The translations under genes were made by a program, and so were the position numbers. The notes beneath the pieces were generated by a model. It saw nothing but the letters and a program-made list of their open reading frames with translations, did no database searches and was not told where the DNA came from. A stretch of DNA of 64,000 nucleotides from Polaribacter sp. (GTDB lineage: Bacteria > Bacteroidota > Bacteroidia > Flavobacteriales > Flavobacteriaceae), in assembly GCA_029250685.1 (NCBI GenBank), contig JAQXEU010000025.1, forward strand, positions 23,536 to 87,535. Direction: 5' to 3'. Positions 59,580 through 64,000 of this stretch are shown here, in pieces; the stretch's first letter is position 1, and each line of letters opens with the position of its first letter.

Positions 59580-60947
59580 TTATTCGCTCAGTTTTGCAAT
59601 CAATTCTGATAATGAACAATCAGTTTGTTTGCCAGAATTCATGTTCTTTAATGTAAAAACATTGTTTTCAACATTGGAAACGACAAATTCAATTTCTCTA
59701 TTTGAAACGTATTTCCATTGTCGTTTTTCTGCCTTATTACTTTTACCTAAATCTGGATAAAACTCTGATTTAACATCATTTTCTCGCAAACTTTTTATCG
59801 CTTTCATTTTTACAACATCTGTTGTTGCATCAAAATTCAAGAAAATAACTTTAGGTTTTGGTAATGCTACAGCTTTAAACAAACCTAACTCCTCTAACAC
59901 CAAATAAATTCTGTCTAATCCAAATGAAATTCCAACTCCAGAAACATCTTTTAAACCAAAGATTCCAGTTAAATCATCATATCTTCCTCCGCCGCCAATC
60001 GACCCCATTTTTACACCTTCTGGCGCCCCAACTTCAAAAATTGCTCCAGTGTAATAATTCAATCCTCTTGCCAACGTAACATCAACTTCTAAACTAGCCG
60101 ATTCTAATTCTAATTCAGTAATTGAATCACAAACAAAACGTAATTCTTCAACTCCTTTTGTTCCTTCTTCGGATGATTGTAACATCGTTTCTAAAGAACT
60201 TAATTTATTGGCATTTGAACCTGTAAAATCAAATAACGGACTTACTTTTTCAATGGCTTCTTCAGTAATTCCTTTCGATAACATTTCTTTTACAACACCA
60301 TCTTTACCTATTTTATCTAACTTATCTAACGCAACTGTAAAATCGATTAATTTATCTTTTGCGCCAATAACTTCGGCAATTCCTGATAATATTTTTCTGT
60401 TATTGATTTTAATTGTGGTTCCAACTAAACCTAATTTGCTAAAAACCGAATCGTATAATTGAATAAATTCTACTTCTTGCCAAAGCGATTTACTTCCAAC
60501 AACGTCTGCATCACATTGAAAAAACTCTCTGAATCTTCCTTTTTGCGGACGATCTGCTCTCCAAACTGGTTGATTTTGATAGCGTTTAAACGGAAATGTA
60601 ATTTCGTTTTGGTGTTGTACAACGTACCGTGCAAATGGCACAGTTAAATCGTAACGGAGTGCTTTTTCAGAAATTTGACTTGTAAGTTTTGTACTATCTT
60701 TTTCTGACAATAACTTCTCATCAGCTTTTTTTAAATAATCACCAGAATTTAAAATTTTAAAAATCAAACGATCCCCTTCTTCACCATATTTCCCCATCAA
60801 CGTAGAAGAATTTTCAAAACTTGGTGTTTCAATTGGTTGAAATCCATAAGTTTCAAAAGCAGCTTTAATCGTATTCATAATATAAGTACGATTCGCTATT
60901 TCTGTTGGTGAAAAATCTCTTGTTCCTTTTGGGATGCTTGGTTTCAT
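59580..60947 (-). CDS. hisS: Histidine--tRNA ligase
   Basis: PKGTRDF, LRYDLTVPFARY, RGLNYYTG, GGGRYD. Confidence 0.97.
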   Translation of the reverse strand: MKPSIPKGTRDFSPTEIANRTYIMNTIKAAFETYGFQPIETPSFENSSTLMGKYGEEGDRLIFKILNSGDYLKKADEKLLSEKDSTKLTSQISEKALRYDLTVPFARYVVQHQNEITFPFKRYQNQPVWRADRPQKGRFREFFQCDADVVGSKSLWQEVEFIQLYDSVFSKLGLVGTTIKINNRKILSGIAEVIGAKDKLIDFTVALDKLDKIGKDGVVKEMLSKGITEEAIEKVSPLFDFTGSNANKLSSLETMLQSSEEGTKGVEELRFVCDSITELELESASLEVDVTLARGLNYYTGAIFEVGAPEGVKMGSIGGGGRYDDLTGIFGLKDVSGVGISFGLDRIYLVLEELGLFKAVALPKPKVIFLNFDATTDVVKMKAIKSLRENDVKSEFYPDLGKSNKAEKRQWKYVSNREIEFVVSNVENNVFTLKNMNSGKQTDCSLSELIAKLSE

Positions 60948-61042
60948 AATGAATTATGAGTGTTTAATTTTGAGTTTTTAGTTCTACTGATTTTCTAATT
61001 CAATCAGCAAGCGCAAATATCCGAAAAATATAAATAAATTAA

Positions 61043-61975
61043 TTACTCTTGAATGGCTTTATTTTTTCTTCTTAACGAATTCAGTGTTGCGTTTAATTCA
61101 AAACCCAACAGTAATATTATTGAGTTTAACCAAACAAATAACATTAAGATTAACAAAGTTCCTATAGAACCGTATAATTCATTATACTTAGAGAATTCTA
61201 CAACGTAAATACTAAATAAATAAAAAGTAAAAATTGATAAAATGGTTGTTAATATTGCTCCAGCAGAAAAGAACGAAGATTGTTTCCCTTCTTTAGTACC
61301 GTAATGATACAACATTGATACAATAGTGAATATCATGAAAATAAACAATATAACAGTACCAAATTGAATCCAGAAGAAATCGTTATCTAACCATCCTTCT
61401 GTTTTAAATCTATTAACAGCAATACCGTATAAAATGGTTAATGCTACAGTTACAACTAAAAAAAAAGTCATTACTAAAGATGTACCGAGTGAAATAAAAT
61501 ATGCTCTAAAAATATTTCTAACTTCTTTTACATGATATGAATATTCAAATCCACCAAAGATAGCATTTACACCATTTGTCATTAAAAAAATGGAAGCAAT
61601 AAATCCAAAAGACAATAATCCTTTATTTTGATTTTTTACAATGTCATCTAAAATTGGTTCAACAGCTCCATACGTTTTTGGAGGTAAAGTATCTTGCATT
61701 AAAGACATCAGTGCTTCTTGAAAACCATCAATTGGGATATAATAAATTAACGTTAAAAGAAATAAGAAAAAAGGAAAAATTGCCATAAAGAAACTAAAAG
61801 CAATTCCGCCAGCTCTTGTTGTTAAAGCACCTTCAACAATACCAATTATATACATTTCTAGCACATCGGACAAAGACATTCCTTGTAAACCTGGTATTTT
61901 TATCTTCTTACCAAAACGCACCAAAATATTTAGAACGGGAATTTTCTCAAGCTTATTTTCTATCTCTTTTGACAT
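61043..61975 (-). CDS. YihY/BrkB family membrane protein
   Basis: AGGIAFSFFMAIFP, YNELYGSIG, LLGFELNA. Confidence 0.9.
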   Translation of the reverse strand: MSKEIENKLEKIPVLNILVRFGKKIKIPGLQGMSLSDVLEMYIIGIVEGALTTRAGGIAFSFFMAIFPFFLFLLTLIYYIPIDGFQEALMSLMQDTLPPKTYGAVEPILDDIVKNQNKGLLSFGFIASIFLMTNGVNAIFGGFEYSYHVKEVRNIFRAYFISLGTSLVMTFFLVVTVALTILYGIAVNRFKTEGWLDNDFFWIQFGTVILFIFMIFTIVSMLYHYGTKEGKQSSFFSAGAILTTILSIFTFYLFSIYVVEFSKYNELYGSIGTLLILMLFVWLNSIILLLGFELNATLNSLRRKNKAIQE

Positions 61976-62548
61976 TTATTCAACAACTATTTGGTATTTC
62001 TGTAACAGTCCAACAACATTATCCCTACAAAACTTTGCTCCTTTTAACTTGTTGACTTCTGGATCTATTGAAAAATTTTTTGATGTGATAAAATTCGATT
62101 TTTCTAAATTTGTTCTATCAAAAATAGTGTTTTTTAAGTTGCAATTATCAAAATAACAGCTTGATAAATTTGTTTCAGTAAAATCTACTTCTTGCAAATT
62201 ACAATTTACAAATTGTGTTTTCTGGATTTTTAATTGATAAAAAGATGAGAAATTTAACTGACAATCTTTAAAAGTCATTTGCAATAAAAACGAATCGCAT
62301 TCATTAAATTTTACGCCAATCATTTTACAATTTACAAACTGAACATTTTTAAAAGCCGTGTCTTTTAAAATAGTGTTGCTAAAATTACAATCGATAAACT
62401 CACATTCTACAAACTGGATATTTGATGCGTGTACATTTTCAAAATTACAATTTGTAAATGTACAATTATCGTATTCTCCTTTTTTGATTTTTGTTTTGGT
62501 AAAATCAATTTTAGAATAGGTTTCGCTATCGAAATAATTATCAATCAT
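61976..62548 (-). CDS. Pentapeptide repeat protein
   Basis: Tandem (C/T)xFxx repeats (NCTFT, NCNFE, ECEFI, DCNFS...). Confidence 0.9.
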   Translation of the reverse strand: MIDNYFDSETYSKIDFTKTKIKKGEYDNCTFTNCNFENVHASNIQFVECEFIDCNFSNTILKDTAFKNVQFVNCKMIGVKFNECDSFLLQMTFKDCQLNFSSFYQLKIQKTQFVNCNLQEVDFTETNLSSCYFDNCNLKNTIFDRTNLEKSNFITSKNFSIDPEVNKLKGAKFCRDNVVGLLQKYQIVVE

Positions 62549-63408
62549 TAATCAACCGCTTTTAAACTTAAATCCATATTGTAAACCGAATGTGTTAAAG
62601 CACCTGAAGAAATAAAATCCACGCCACAATCAGCATATTTTCTAATAGTTTCTTCGTTGATTCCTCCAGAAGATTCTGTGAAACATTTGTCGCCAATTAA
62701 AGCAACTGCTTTGCATGTATCTTCGTAATTAAAATTATCAATTAAGATTCTATAAACGCCGCCACAATCTAAAATCTCTTGAATTTCTTCTAGATTCCTT
62801 GCTTCAACAATAATTTTTATATCAATATTTTTTGCTGCTAAATAGTTTTTTGTTTTGTTGATTGCAGCTGTAATTCCGCCAGCAAAATCTATGTGATTAT
62901 CTTTAATCATCACCATATCGTACAATGCAAATCGATGATTTTCTCCGCCGCCAATTTTAACCGCCCATTTTTCGATGGCTCTGATTCCTGGTGTCGTTTT
63001 TCTGGTATCTAAAACCTTTGTTTTTGTACCTTCTAACAAATCAGCAAAAAAGCGTGTTTTTGTTGCAATTGCGCTCATTCTTTGCATTGAGTTTAGTACA
63101 AAACGTTCTGCTTGTAAAATGGATTGAGAACTTCCTGAAACGTAAAAAACAATGTCACCAAGTTGTACTTTTTCTCCATCATTTATAAAGGTTTCAACTT
63201 CTAAATTTGCATCAATCGCTTTAAAAATCATTTTTGCAAATTCAACTCCAGCGATAATTCCCTTGTCTTTTACTAATAATTTTGCTTTTCCTTTTGCTTC
63301 CGAAGGAATACAAGAAAGTGATGTATGATCTCCTTCTCCAATATCTTCACGAATTGCATTGGTGATAATTATTTTTAATTCTGCGTCAAATTGTTCTTGT
63401 GATATCAT
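62548..63408 (-). CDS. nadC: Quinolinate phosphoribosyltransferase (start ATG 63408)
   Basis: EDIGEGDHTS, LDTRKTTPG, HRFALYD.VMIKDNH, ISSGALTH. Confidence 0.96.
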   Translation of the reverse strand: MISQEQFDAELKIIITNAIREDIGEGDHTSLSCIPSEAKGKAKLLVKDKGIIAGVEFAKMIFKAIDANLEVETFINDGEKVQLGDIVFYVSGSSQSILQAERFVLNSMQRMSAIATKTRFFADLLEGTKTKVLDTRKTTPGIRAIEKWAVKIGGGENHRFALYDMVMIKDNHIDFAGGITAAINKTKNYLAAKNIDIKIIVEARNLEEIQEILDCGGVYRILIDNFNYEDTCKAVALIGDKCFTESSGGINEETIRKYADCGVDFISSGALTHSVYNMDLSLKAVD

Positions 63409-63496
63409 TTTACTAAATTGGATTGCTAAAATAACAATTAGATTTTCGATATGAAACAAATTAGAATCCTAATCGTCATTTTATAAATGAAACTCT

Positions 63497-63937
63497 ATGC
63501 AGAAAACTGTTCTTTTTATTGAGCGAATAAAAACCAAAACCATTTTTAAACTTTTTACGTGGTTTACAAGAATTCTTTTATCGATTGCTTTTATTCCATC
63601 TGGATTAAAAAAATTATTAGGCGAACGTTTTACAAATATTTCAGTTGATGATCCTGTTGGCTTCTTTTTTGAAGGTTTATATCAAACTGGGATTTATTGG
63701 AATTTCTTAGGGTTTATGCAATTAACGTGTTCTTTGTTAATCTTGATTCCAAGAACAACCTATTTTGCTGCTATTTTATACCTACCAATCATTATAAACA
63801 TTAATATCATTGTAATTTCTATGGATTTTAGAGGAACTCCGATTATTACAATGTTGATGCTTTTAGCAAATATTTATTTATTGGTTTGGGATTATAAAAA
63901 AACGAATGCCATACTTTCTATTTTATTTAAAAAGTAA
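63497..63937 (+). CDS. DoxX family membrane protein
   Basis: RILL..AFIPSG.KK, YW.FLG..Q, four TM helices. Confidence 0.75.
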   Translation: MQKTVLFIERIKTKTIFKLFTWFTRILLSIAFIPSGLKKLLGERFTNISVDDPVGFFFEGLYQTGIYWNFLGFMQLTCSLLILIPRTTYFAAILYLPIIININIIVISMDFRGTPIITMLMLLANIYLLVWDYKKTNAILSILFKK

Positions 63938-63955
63938 AAAACTACTTTTGTAAGT

Positions 63956-64000
63956 ATGAAAATTAAACTTTTGGCAATCGGCAAAACCGATGATAAAAAC
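63956..64000 (+). CDS. rlmH: 23S rRNA pseudouridine-1915 N3-methyltransferase, 5' end only
   Basis: MKIKLLAIGKTDDKN N-terminus typical of Bacteroidota RlmH. Confidence 0.8.
   Translation, partial: MKIKLLAIGKTDDKN

Noticed and set aside
61976-62548. Qnr/MfpA-type topoisomerase protection by the pentapeptide protein
   Set aside because: Generic repeat among housekeeping genes; specificity cannot be read from the sequence, and parC/parE are about 57 kb away

Overview
AT-rich bacterial chromosome segment of a marine-type Flavobacteriaceae (Polaribacter/Tenacibaculum-like). This is inferred from gene content, Bacteroidota TAnnTTTG (-7) promoters and the absence of Shine-Dalgarno motifs. Mostly housekeeping genes (parC/parE, ychF, serC/serA, glmM, rpsA, prfB, fumC, secA, folE, hisS, nadC, rlmH) plus one tRNA-Gly(TCC). 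No CRISPR array, prophage, integrase or intact transposase was seen. Points of interest: (1) a DUF2141-LytS kinase-LytTR operon with four tandem stand-alone 2TM proteins, a fifth 2TM fused to the kinase, and a 9-N12-9 LytTR-type repeat upstream; (2) an 8-gene carotenoid/photoprotection operon whose promoter and that of its MerR/CarH-like regulator share a 17-bp TnnACA-N5-TnnACA box laid over the -7 element, while the regulator has W-x9-ER instead of W-x9-EH; (3) several families of TGTC/TGTN-tagged REP-like palindromes, one lying in frame inside glmM; (4) broken genes: wza (in-frame TAG), wzc (5' frameshift), an ion-channel-domain gene (two frameshifts) and a decayed secreted-protein relic; (5) prfB without the usual +1 frameshift. 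All calls are by eye from motifs; no database search was run.
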